This document shows, one piece after another, positions 7,417-15,281 of a stretch of DNA of 24,000 nucleotides; position 1 is the stretch's first letter; every line of letters starts with the position of its first letter. The notes under the pieces are model-generated. The model searched no databases, was not told where the DNA came from, and saw only the letters and a list, made by a program, of their open reading frames with translations. The stretch is taken from the NCBI GenBank assembly GCA_052387905.1, contig JBQTIR010000021.1, positions 64,727 to 88,726 on the forward strand. The letters run 5' to 3'. The position numbers and the translations under genes are program-made. This DNA is from Sporichthyaceae bacterium. Its GTDB lineage: Bacteria > Actinomycetota > Actinomycetes > Sporichthyales > Sporichthyaceae.

Positions 7417-7932
7417 ATGGGCGCTCCCAAGCTCGACGTGGGCGAGCGGGTCGAGGCCCTGCTCGCGCAGCTGCGCCGCCAGGGTGGTGACCCGGCGGCC
7501 GACAGCGGCGAGGAACTCGTCCGGGAGCTGCTCGCCTACTACGGCGCCGGGTTGGAGCGCATCACCGAGATCGTCGCGGCCGGTGCCCCCGAACTGTTGG
7601 CGGCACTGGCCGCGGACCCCCTGGTGGAAAGCCAGCTGCTGCTGCACGGGGTGCACCCGCTGGGTGTGGAGGAGCGGATCACCGCCGCGCTCGACGCGCT
7701 CGTACCGCCGGCAGGTGACGCTGTCTATCTCGGCATCGACGTCGACGGCGTCGCACACCTACGCCTGCCCGGCACCGGCAAGGGCTGCTCGACCGGTGCC
7801 GCGAAGGCGGTCCTCGCCGAGACGCTGCTGGCCGCGGCTCCGGAACTCACCGACGTGGAGGTGGCGACCGAGGAAACGGCCAAACCGCTGATCCAGATCG
7901 GCAGGCGTCCCGGCCTGGTGGCAGTGAGATGA
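7417..7932 (+). CDS. NifU/Nfu C-terminal-domain-like protein of the hydrogenase cluster (single Cys)
   Basis: Starts 2 nt after the hhyL stop. The C-terminal half VEERITAALDALVPP.GDAVYLGIDVDGVAHLRLPGTGKGCSTGAAKAVLAETLL follows the Nfu-domain pattern, but CxxC is reduced to a single Cys. Confidence 0.6.
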   Translation: MGAPKLDVGERVEALLAQLRRQGGDPAADSGEELVRELLAYYGAGLERITEIVAAGAPELLAALAADPLVESQLLLHGVHPLGVEERITAALDALVPPAGDAVYLGIDVDGVAHLRLPGTGKGCSTGAAKAVLAETLLAAAPELTDVEVATEETAKPLIQIGRRPGLVAVR

Positions 7933-8606
7933 GTGGCGCCGGCGGTCTGCGCCGGTTCGTGGCTCGGCCCGAACCGGCGCTGCCGTTCGCCACGAATGGG
8001 CGGCCCCGCCCGCGCGGCGAGGGCTGCGAGATGTGCAACGAGATCATCGGTGCCGAGCATCCGCACGTCGTCAACGTCATCACGCGCTCCCTGTTGTGCA
8101 CCTGTCGGCCGTGCTACCTGCTCTTCACCCAGGCCGGTGCGGGACGAGGGACCTACCGCTCGGTCCCGGACCGTTACCTGGCCGATGACGGCGTCGCGCT
8201 GACCGAATCGCAGTGGGACGACCTGCAGGTCCCGGTGGCGATGGCATTCTTCTTCCACAACTGCGCGCAGGACCGGGTCGTGGCGCAGTACCCCAGCCCG
8301 GCCGGCGCCACCGAGTCCTTGCTGGACCTGGCCGCCTGGGACCGGATCGTCGCCGAGAACTCGCTGGCCGCAGCGTTGGAGTCCGACGTCGAGGCCCTGA
8401 TCGTGCACCGCACGCGGGAGGGCGATCGGGACGTCATGCACAGCTACCTGGTGCCGATCGACGCCTGCTACGAACTCGTCGGGCGGGTGCGCCTGCACTG
8501 GACCGGGTTCGACGGCGGAGCCGAGGCGCGTGCCGACATCGGTGAGTTCTTTGCCCGGGTGCGTGCGCGCAGCCGCGTGCTGGTCCACGAGGCATCCCGT
8601 GGCTGA
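7929..8606 (+). CDS. Conserved hydrogenase-cluster protein of unknown function with N-terminal Cys cluster (from memory, the family labelled DUF5947)
   Basis: ATGA overlap with the upstream gene and high GC3. Motif is CEMCNEIIGAEHPH-x-CTCRPCY. No recognisable enzymatic domain. Confidence 0.65.
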   Translation: MSGAGGLRRFVARPEPALPFATNGRPRPRGEGCEMCNEIIGAEHPHVVNVITRSLLCTCRPCYLLFTQAGAGRGTYRSVPDRYLADDGVALTESQWDDLQVPVAMAFFFHNCAQDRVVAQYPSPAGATESLLDLAAWDRIVAENSLAAALESDVEALIVHRTREGDRDVMHSYLVPIDACYELVGRVRLHWTGFDGGAEARADIGEFFARVRARSRVLVHEASRG

Positions 8607-9249
8607 CGTGGTCTTCGACTGTGTTGATGTGCGTTCGGACCGATACGCAGCGGGACCCACGCTGAACTTCCGGCTGCGGATCGCTGAGCTCACCGGCGAG
8701 CGGGTGCATGCCCTAGCGCTGCGGGTGCAGCTGCGCATCGAGCCAGCCAAGCGGCGGTACCTGCCGGGTGAGGTCGCCCGGCTCAATGACCTGTTCGGTG
8801 ACCAGACGCGCTGGGCCGACACCCTCAAACCGTTGCAGCTGGCGAACGCCTCGGTCATGGTGCCGAGCTTCACCAACAACGTCGATATCGAGATGCCGAT
8901 CGCGTTCACCTACGACCTCGATGTCGCCTCCACGAGCTACTTTCGCGCACTGGAGTCCGGTGACATCCCGTTGCTGTTGCTGTTCAGCGGGACCTTGATC
9001 ACCAAGGGGACCACCGGCTTCAGCGTCACCCAGGTCCCCTGGAGCTGCGAGGCCACCTACGCGCTGCCGGTCACCGAGTGGCGCCTGATGATGGATCAGT
9101 TCTTCCCGAACAGCGGATGGGTCCGCCTGAGCCGGCAGACCCTGGACGCCCTGGGGGCGTTCAAGAACTCGCGTGCGCTGCCGAGCTGGGAACACGCTAT
9201 CGATGCCTTGCTCGCGGAGGCCGCCCGGCCGGTGGAGCTCGGCACATGA
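8599..9249 (+). CDS. Conserved hydrogenase-cluster protein of unknown function (from memory, the family labelled DUF6084)
   Basis: GTG 8599 overlaps the upstream stop (GTGGCTGA); GTG 8608 is an alternative. High GC3. The N-terminal part of the 239-aa track ORF overlaps the previous gene and is rejected. Confidence 0.65.
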   Translation: MADVVFDCVDVRSDRYAAGPTLNFRLRIAELTGERVHALALRVQLRIEPAKRRYLPGEVARLNDLFGDQTRWADTLKPLQLANASVMVPSFTNNVDIEMPIAFTYDLDVASTSYFRALESGDIPLLLLFSGTLITKGTTGFSVTQVPWSCEATYALPVTEWRLMMDQFFPNSGWVRLSRQTLDALGAFKNSRALPSWEHAIDALLAEAARPVELGT

Positions 9250-10562
9250 ACGGCCCCTTCGCGATGGCACGCCAGGTCGCCGACACTGTGCTGTACGAGG
9301 GCTACGTGCTCTACCCGTACCGGGCCTCCTCGGCGAAGAACCAGACGCGCTGGCAGTTCGGGGTACTCATGCCACCGGCCTACGTGGCGATCAATGACTC
9401 CGAGCGTTCGGCCTGTCAGAGCGAGCTGGTGTGCGAACCGAAGCCCGATGCCGTGCTGAGCGTGCAGGTGCGCTTCCTGCACGTCGCCCATCGCACCGGC
9501 GGTGAGCTGCCCGAGTGGGACGAGACCGTCGAGCGGGAACTGGAGTTCGACGTCCACGTCAGCGAGGTGCTGGGGGCACCGCATGAACACCACTTCGCCT
9601 ATGCCGGCGGCGTCACCCTCGCCGACGGGGTGCGGCGGGTGACCGAGCCGGTCAGTGGTGCCGTCGTCGTGGAACTGACGCCGTTGCCCGGTCCGATCGG
9701 GGCGAAACGTCTGCGGGTCCGGGTGGAGAACCGGACCCCGGACCTGGGCAGGACGCCGCCAGGTTCGCGGGACGGCGCCATGGCCTCGGCGCTGGTGGCC
9801 GCCCACACCATGTTCGCTCTCGACCGCGGTTGCTTCGTGTCGATGACTGACCCGCCGGAATGGGCACGGCCCGAGGTGAGCGCCTGCGAGAACATCGGGA
9901 CCTGGCCCGTGCTGGTGGACGCCGCGGACGATGCCGTCGTGCTCTCGTCCCCGATCATTCTCGGGGACCACCCCGAGATCGCCCCGGAGAGCCCCGGTGA
10001 CCTCTATGACGCCACCGAGATCGACGAGATCCTCACGCTGCGCACGATGGTGCTCACTGATGAGGAGAAGGCCGAGGCCCGGGCGACCGACCCGCGGGCC
10101 GCGGCCCTGATCGACCGCGTGGACGAGCTGCCACCCGAGCACCTGGACCGCCTGCATGGCGCCCTGCGCTACCTGCGTCAGGTCACCGGGGCACCGGTTG
10201 AACCTGCTGAACCGCAGACGTTCATGACGCCACTGACACCCTGGTGGGACCCGGGCGCGGACTCCTCGGTATCGCCGGAGACCGACGCGATCGTCATCGA
10301 CGGTGTGCGGGTGGCGCGCGGCAGCCGGGTCCGATTGCGTCCCGGGTTGCGTCGCACCGACGCGCAGGATGTGTTTCTGCGTGGCCGCACCGCCACAGTG
10401 GAGGCGGTGCTCTTCGACGTCGACGGCGCCCAGCATCTGGGGGTCACCCCCGACGACGACCCGGAACTGGCCGAGGTGACGCGCTGGCACGGGCGCTATC
10501 TGTACTTCGCCCCTGACGAGGTCGAACCGGTGGCCACCACCACCAAGCAGGTGTCGTCATGA
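9246..10562 (+). CDS. 438-aa conserved hypothetical protein of the hydrogenase cluster
   Basis: ATG 9246 overlaps the upstream stop (ATGA). N-terminus is MNGPFAMARQVADTVLYEGYVLYPYR. High GC3 throughout, with no cofactor or TM motifs seen. Confidence 0.7.
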   Translation: MNGPFAMARQVADTVLYEGYVLYPYRASSAKNQTRWQFGVLMPPAYVAINDSERSACQSELVCEPKPDAVLSVQVRFLHVAHRTGGELPEWDETVERELEFDVHVSEVLGAPHEHHFAYAGGVTLADGVRRVTEPVSGAVVVELTPLPGPIGAKRLRVRVENRTPDLGRTPPGSRDGAMASALVAAHTMFALDRGCFVSMTDPPEWARPEVSACENIGTWPVLVDAADDAVVLSSPIILGDHPEIAPESPGDLYDATEIDEILTLRTMVLTDEEKAEARATDPRAAALIDRVDELPPEHLDRLHGALRYLRQVTGAPVEPAEPQTFMTPLTPWWDPGADSSVSPETDAIVIDGVRVARGSRVRLRPGLRRTDAQDVFLRGRTATVEAVLFDVDGAQHLGVTPDDDPELAEVTRWHGRYLYFAPDEVEPVATTTKQVSS

Positions 10563-11095
10563 CCGCAAGGATGCTGGTCGCCGGGGTCGGCAACATTTTC
10601 CTGAGCGACGACGCCTTTGGGGTTGAGGTCGTGAGCCGGCTCGCCCCCGCGCCGCGCCCGCCGGGTGTCGACCTGCTCGATGTCGGTATCCGCGGCATCC
10701 ACCTCGCCTACCAACTGCTCGACGGCTACGACACCCTCGTCCTCGTCGACACCGCGGCACGCGGGCAGCGGCCCGGCACGCTCACCCTGCTCGAGGTCGA
10801 TCAGGGGCAGATCGAGGCCGAGTTCCAGGAGGTCGGTAGGGCCGAGATCGCTACTGGGCAGGCGCCGATGTTGGACGCCCATGGCCTCGAGCCCGGCGCC
10901 CTGCTGCGCATGCTCGGGTCCCTCGGGGGAGCGGTGGGCAAGGTGCTCGTGGTCGCCTGTGAGCCCGAAAGTCTGGCCGAAGGCATCGGACTGAGCCCGG
11001 TGGTAGCTGCAGCGGTCGAGCCCGCGGTGGCGCTGGTCGGCGAGGTCATGAACTCATTCGCTTCGACACTCATCGCAGAGGAGGTGTCCCGATGA
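10559..11095 (+). CDS. [NiFe]-hydrogenase maturation endopeptidase (HupD/HyaD/HybD family)
   Basis: ATGA overlap with the upstream gene. Family blocks are MLVAGVGNIFLSDDAFGVEVV, TLVLVD and DAHGLEP. Confidence 0.9.
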   Translation: MTARMLVAGVGNIFLSDDAFGVEVVSRLAPAPRPPGVDLLDVGIRGIHLAYQLLDGYDTLVLVDTAARGQRPGTLTLLEVDQGQIEAEFQEVGRAEIATGQAPMLDAHGLEPGALLRMLGSLGGAVGKVLVVACEPESLAEGIGLSPVVAAAVEPAVALVGEVMNSFASTLIAEEVSR

Positions 11096-11196
11096 TCGTG
11101 AGGTTCGTCAAGGCGGCAATGCTCGCGGCAACCGTCGCCGCGGTCCTGCAATCGCTGCCCGACATCAAGCGCTACCTGGACATGCGAGCAATGTGA
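11092..11196 (+). CDS. 34-aa hydrophobic micro-protein (MIVRFVKAAMLAATVAAVLQSLPDIKRYLDMRAM), not in the supplied ORF track
   Basis: ATG overlaps the protease stop (ATGA at 11092-11095), continuing the chain of coupled genes. By hand count, about 28 of 33 codons end in G or C. The following 74 nt have low GC3 in the frame read. It has one hydrophobic helix plus a basic tail. Confidence 0.55.
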   Translation: MIVRFVKAAMLAATVAAVLQSLPDIKRYLDMRAM

Positions 11197-11270
11197 CCGA
11201 GCATTATGACTTCGTGTCAGATCAATTCCGCACGGCTCACCGTGGACGAGTTTCGAGCGAGGAGAGGTCA

Positions 11271-11465
11271 ATGGAGACCCTGGTCGGCTTCGGCGTCGGG
11301 TTCCTGGTCGGCACCAAGGAGGGCAAGGAGGGGTTAGCCAAGATCCGCGAATCGTTGGCGGCGATCCGCTCCTCCGCCGAGGTTCAGAGGCTCGTCGGGG
11401 AGGCGTTGGCCGTTCTCGTGCCGATCATGAAGGAGGTCGCCCGAGCGTCGGGCGGCCGCGCCTAG
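11271..11465 (+). CDS. 64-aa small protein with glycine-zipper N-terminus (YtxH-like flavour), unknown function
   Basis: ATG is preceded by GAGGAGAGG. Sequence is METLVGFGVGFLVGTKEGKEGLAKIRESL... with high GC3. The upstream part of the 90-aa track ORF (from GTG 11193) is rich in A/T-ending codons and is rejected. Confidence 0.55.
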   Translation: METLVGFGVGFLVGTKEGKEGLAKIRESLAAIRSSAEVQRLVGEALAVLVPIMKEVARASGGRA

Positions 11466-11474
11466 GTCGTCCCC

Positions 11475-13826
11475 GTGACGGATCGCCCGGCATCGTGTTC
11501 AACCCGTCGACGAGATCGAATCGTGGTCGCGGGCGTCGTGCAGGGCGTCGGCTTTCGGCCGTTCGTCTACGCACTCGCACGTGAACTCGCCTTGGCCGGC
11601 ACCGTGGGAAACACCGGCTCCGGCGTGGTGATCGAGGTTGAGGGTGCGCCGAACGATCTCGCCGCCTTCGCGGCGCGGGTACGCCGCGACGCGCCACCAC
11701 TGGCGAGGGTGGAGAGCGTCGACGCCGAGCCGATACCGACCCTGGGCGGCACCGAGTTCACGATCGTGGACTCGTGCGGCGGCACCGGCCGCACGCTGAT
11801 CTCCCCGGACGTGGCTACCTGTGATGCCTGTCTGGCAGAGCTGGCCGATCCGCACGACCGGCGTTTCCGGCACCCGTTCATCAGCTGTACGAACTGCGGT
11901 CCACGCTTCACCGTGATCGTGGATCTGCCCTATGACCGTCCGGCGACGACGATGGCCGATCTGCCGCTGTGCGGTCGGTGTGCGGCCGAGTACGCCGACC
12001 CGTCAGATCGGCGCTTCCACGCCCAGACCGTGGCCTGCCCGCAATGCGGACCGACGCTGACGCTGTCCCGCTCGGCCGAACCGGACCGCCGTGGGAACCA
12101 GGCCCTGGCCGAGGCCCGCCGGATGCTGGCGGATGGCGCGGTCGTCGCGGTCAAGGGCCTGGGCGGCTACCACCTAGCCTGCGACGCCACCAACCCCGAA
12201 GCCGTCGCCACACTGCGCAAGCGCAAGGATCGCGGCGACAAGCCGTTCGCCGTCGTGGTGACAGACCTTGCCGGCGCCGGCGCCCTGGCCGAGGTATCAC
12301 CTGCCGAGGGTGACCTGCTCAGCGACCACCGTCGCCCGGTCGTGCTGCTGCAACGGCGCGCTGAGCCCGACCTGGTGCTGGCGTCGTCGGTGGCGCCCGG
12401 GTGTCCTGACGTCGGGGTCATGCTGGCCTACACCCCCGTGCATCACCTGCTCCTGGGTCTGCCGGGTGACCCGGCCGGGCCGGGCGTCCTCGTGCTGACG
12501 AGCGGAAACGTGGCCGGAGAACCAATCGTCACCGATGACGGCGTGGCCCGCGAGCGCCTGGCCCCTCTCGCTGACGCGTGGCTCTGGCACGACCGGCCCA
12601 TCCATGTTCCGTGCGATGACTCTGTGGTCCGGATCGCCGGCGGCGCGCAACTCCCGGTGCGGCGATCGCGGGGGTATGCACCGCTGCCGATCGCGCTGCC
12701 GGTCCCGGTCCGCCCGGCGCTCGCCGTGGGCGGCGACCTGAAGAACACCTTCTGCCTCGCCGAGGGCCGCTACGCCTGGCTGTCCGCGCATGTCGGAGAC
12801 ATGGACGATCTGGCCACCCTGACCGCTTTCGAGGCAGCCACCGCGCAGCTGCGCTCGGTCACCCGGGTCAACCCCGAGGTGGTCGTCGCCGACCGGCATC
12901 CCGGTTACCGCAGCGCCGCGTGGGCGCGCCGCAATCGCGATCACCTGCCGGTGCATGCGGTGCAGCATCACCACGCGCACATCGCCTCGGCAATGGCGGA
13001 GAACGGACACTCCGGCGTGCGCCGGGTGATCGGATTCGCCTTCGACGGCACCGGCTACGGCGATGACGGCGCGTCCTGGGGAGGTGAGGTTCTGCTCGCC
13101 GACTACGCCGGATACGACCGGGCCGCACACCTCCGTTACGTCGCACTGCCCGGTGGCGACGCCGGGGTGCGCAACCCCTGCCGGATGGCACTCTCACACC
13201 TGCATTCCGCCGGCATCGGATGGGACCCCCGGTTGCCGTGCGTGGCCGCCTGTACGGAGGCCGAGCGCCGGATCCTGGCCCGTCAGCTCGAGACCGCCCT
13301 GGCCTGCACTCCGACCTCCAGCATGGGCAGGCTCTTTGACGCGGTGTCCTCCCTGGCCGGGGTGTGTCACCGGGCGGCGTATGAGGCCGAAGCAGCGATG
13401 CGGTTCGAGGGGCTCGCCCGCCACGCGATCGCCCAACCCGGCCCGTGCTACGCCTTCGGACCTGGGCTCGATCCCGGTCCGGTGATTTCCGCCGCGGCTG
13501 CGGACGTGCTGGCCGGGATCCCGGCGTCGGTGATCGCCGCGCGGTTCCACCGCGCCGTCGCGGACCTGGTCATCGAGACGGCGCGGGGGCTGCGCGAACG
13601 CACGGGGCTGGATGAGGTCGCGCTCTCCGGTGGGGTCTTCCTCAACGCCCTGCTCACCGTGCTGTGTGTCGACGGCCTCACCCGCGCCGGCTTCCGCGTC
13701 CTGCGCCACCGCTTGGTCCCACCCAGCGACGCCGGGCTCGCGCTGGGCCAGCTGATGATCGCCGCCCGAATCAGCACGATCCCTGCAAGTGCCGACCCCG
13801 TGAGGGAGACCTCGTCATGTGCCTAG
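11475..13826 (+). CDS. hypF: Carbamoyltransferase HypF
   Basis: 783 aa. It has an acylphosphatase motif VQGVGFRPFV and two Zn-finger pairs (CDAC...CTNCGPRFT; CGRC...CPQCGPTL). It also has the YrdC-like KGLGGYHLACDA and a Kae1-like C-terminal half. Confidence 0.95.
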   Translation: MTDRPASCSTRRRDRIVVAGVVQGVGFRPFVYALARELALAGTVGNTGSGVVIEVEGAPNDLAAFAARVRRDAPPLARVESVDAEPIPTLGGTEFTIVDSCGGTGRTLISPDVATCDACLAELADPHDRRFRHPFISCTNCGPRFTVIVDLPYDRPATTMADLPLCGRCAAEYADPSDRRFHAQTVACPQCGPTLTLSRSAEPDRRGNQALAEARRMLADGAVVAVKGLGGYHLACDATNPEAVATLRKRKDRGDKPFAVVVTDLAGAGALAEVSPAEGDLLSDHRRPVVLLQRRAEPDLVLASSVAPGCPDVGVMLAYTPVHHLLLGLPGDPAGPGVLVLTSGNVAGEPIVTDDGVARERLAPLADAWLWHDRPIHVPCDDSVVRIAGGAQLPVRRSRGYAPLPIALPVPVRPALAVGGDLKNTFCLAEGRYAWLSAHVGDMDDLATLTAFEAATAQLRSVTRVNPEVVVADRHPGYRSAAWARRNRDHLPVHAVQHHHAHIASAMAENGHSGVRRVIGFAFDGTGYGDDGASWGGEVLLADYAGYDRAAHLRYVALPGGDAGVRNPCRMALSHLHSAGIGWDPRLPCVAACTEAERRILARQLETALACTPTSSMGRLFDAVSSLAGVCHRAAYEAEAAMRFEGLARHAIAQPGPCYAFGPGLDPGPVISAAAADVLAGIPASVIAARFHRAVADLVIETARGLRERTGLDEVALSGGVFLNALLTVLCVDGLTRAGFRVLRHRLVPPSDAGLALGQLMIAARISTIPASADPVRETSSCA

Positions 13827-14146
13827 CCGTGCCCGGCAAGTTGGAAGAGATCTGGGAGAAGGACGGGACCCGGATGGCCACCGTGAACTTCGGCGGGGTC
13901 CGCAAGGAGATCTGCCTGGAGTTCGTTCCCGAGATCCAGGTCGGGGACTACACGATCGTGCACGTCGGCTTCGCCCTGCAGCGCCTGGACGAGGCCTCCG
14001 CGCTGGAGACGCTCGCGCTGTTCAAGCGGATGGGCGAGATCGAGATGGAGTTCGGCGATCCGTGGGCCCGTGCGGCAGCTGAGTCGGGCGCGCCCGTGCC
14101 GGAGACGAACTGGGCGCAGGACGCGGGCTGGGAAACCAAGTCATGA
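13817..14146 (+). CDS. hypC: Hydrogenase assembly chaperone HypC/HupF, with ~30-aa C-terminal extension
   Basis: The internal ATG gives the canonical MCLAVPGK N-terminus. It overlaps the hypF end by 10 nt. Confidence 0.9.
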   Translation: MCLAVPGKLEEIWEKDGTRMATVNFGGVRKEICLEFVPEIQVGDYTIVHVGFALQRLDEASALETLALFKRMGEIEMEFGDPWARAAAESGAPVPETNWAQDAGWETKS

Positions 14147-14156
14147 GGAGCAGGCC

Positions 14157-15281
14157 ATGAAGTACGTCGAGGAGTTCAACGATCCCGAACTCGCCCAGCG
14201 GCTGGTCGAGGACATCCACGCGACCGCGACCCGGCAGTGGTCGATCATGGAGGTCTGCGGTGGCCAGACGCACTCGATCATCCGGCACGGCATCGATCAG
14301 CTGATCGGCGAACAGGTGGAGATGATCCACGGGCCGGGCTGTCCGGTGTGCGTGACTCCGCTGGAGCTGATCGACCAGGCGCTGGCGATCGCGTCGCGAC
14401 CGGGGGTCATCTTCTGCTCGTTCGGGGACATGCTGCGCGTGCCCGGCAGTGATGCGGACCTGTTCCGGATCAAGAGCGCCGGCGGTGACGTCCGGGTGGT
14501 GTACTCGCCGCTGGACGCGCTGAAGATCGCCCGGGAGAACCCCGACCGCGAGGTCGTGTTCTTCGGCATCGGATTCGAAACCACTGCCCCCCCGAATGCC
14601 ATGACGGTGTATCAGGCCGCGCGCCTCGGCGTGCACAACTTCTCGATGCTCGTCTCGCATGTGCTGGTCCCGCCGGCGATCGAGGCCATCATGAGCGCAC
14701 CGAACTGCCGGGTGCAGGGGTTTCTCGGGGCCGGACACGTGTGCAGCGTGATGGGCACCGGCGAGTACCCGCCGCTGGTGGCGCAGTACCAGGTTCCGTT
14801 GGTTGTCACCGGTTTCGAACCACTGGACATCCTGGAGGGCATCCGGCGCACGGTGCACCAGCTCGAGGAAGGCCGGGCAGAGCTGGAGAATGCCTACGGT
14901 CGCGTCGTCCAGACCGAGGGCAACCCGGCGGCCCGCGCATTGCTGGCGGACGTCTTCGAGGTCACCGACCGTGCCTGGCGTGGGATCGGCATGATCCCCA
15001 ACAGCGGCTGGCGCCTGGCGCCTAAGTACCGGGCCTTCGATGCCGAGCACCGGTTCTCCGTGGGCGACATCCACACCGAGGAATCCGCGGACTGCCGCAG
15101 CGGCGACGTCCTGCAGGGCTTCATCAAGCCGCATGAGTGTGCGGCCTTCGGCACTCTGTGCACGCCACGCAATCCGCTCGGCGCGACGATGGTCTCCAGT
15201 GAGGGTGCCTGCGCGGCGTATTACCTCTATCGCCGCTTGGATACCCCGGTAATCCGCGAGGCGGTGAACACCGTTGTCTGA
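14157..15281 (+). CDS. hypD: Hydrogenase formation protein HypD
   Basis: ATG lies after GAGGAGCAGG. Motifs are [20 protein letters not shown] and GIGFETTAP. Confidence 0.95.
   Translation: MKYVEEFNDPELAQRLVEDIHATATRQWSIMEVCGGQTHSIIRHGIDQLIGEQVEMIHGPGCPVCVTPLELIDQALAIASRPGVIFCSFGDMLRVPGSDADLFRIKSAGGDVRVVYSPLDALKIARENPDREVVFFGIGFETTAPPNAMTVYQAARLGVHNFSMLVSHVLVPPAIEAIMSAPNCRVQGFLGAGHVCSVMGTGEYPPLVAQYQVPLVVTGFEPLDILEGIRRTVHQLEEGRAELENAYGRVVQTEGNPAARALLADVFEVTDRAWRGIGMIPNSGWRLAPKYRAFDAEHRFSVGDIHTEESADCRSGDVLQGFIKPHECAAFGTLCTPRNPLGATMVSSEGACAAYYLYRRLDTPVIREAVNTVV

Noticed and set aside
11193-11270. GTG 11193 as the start of the 90-aa ORF (GTGA overlap with the micro-ORF stop).
   Set aside because: The 26 extra codons are rich in A/T-ending codons (cat, tat, tca, gat, caa, gct, cgt, gga, cga, gtt). 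A strong RBS precedes the internal ATG 11271.
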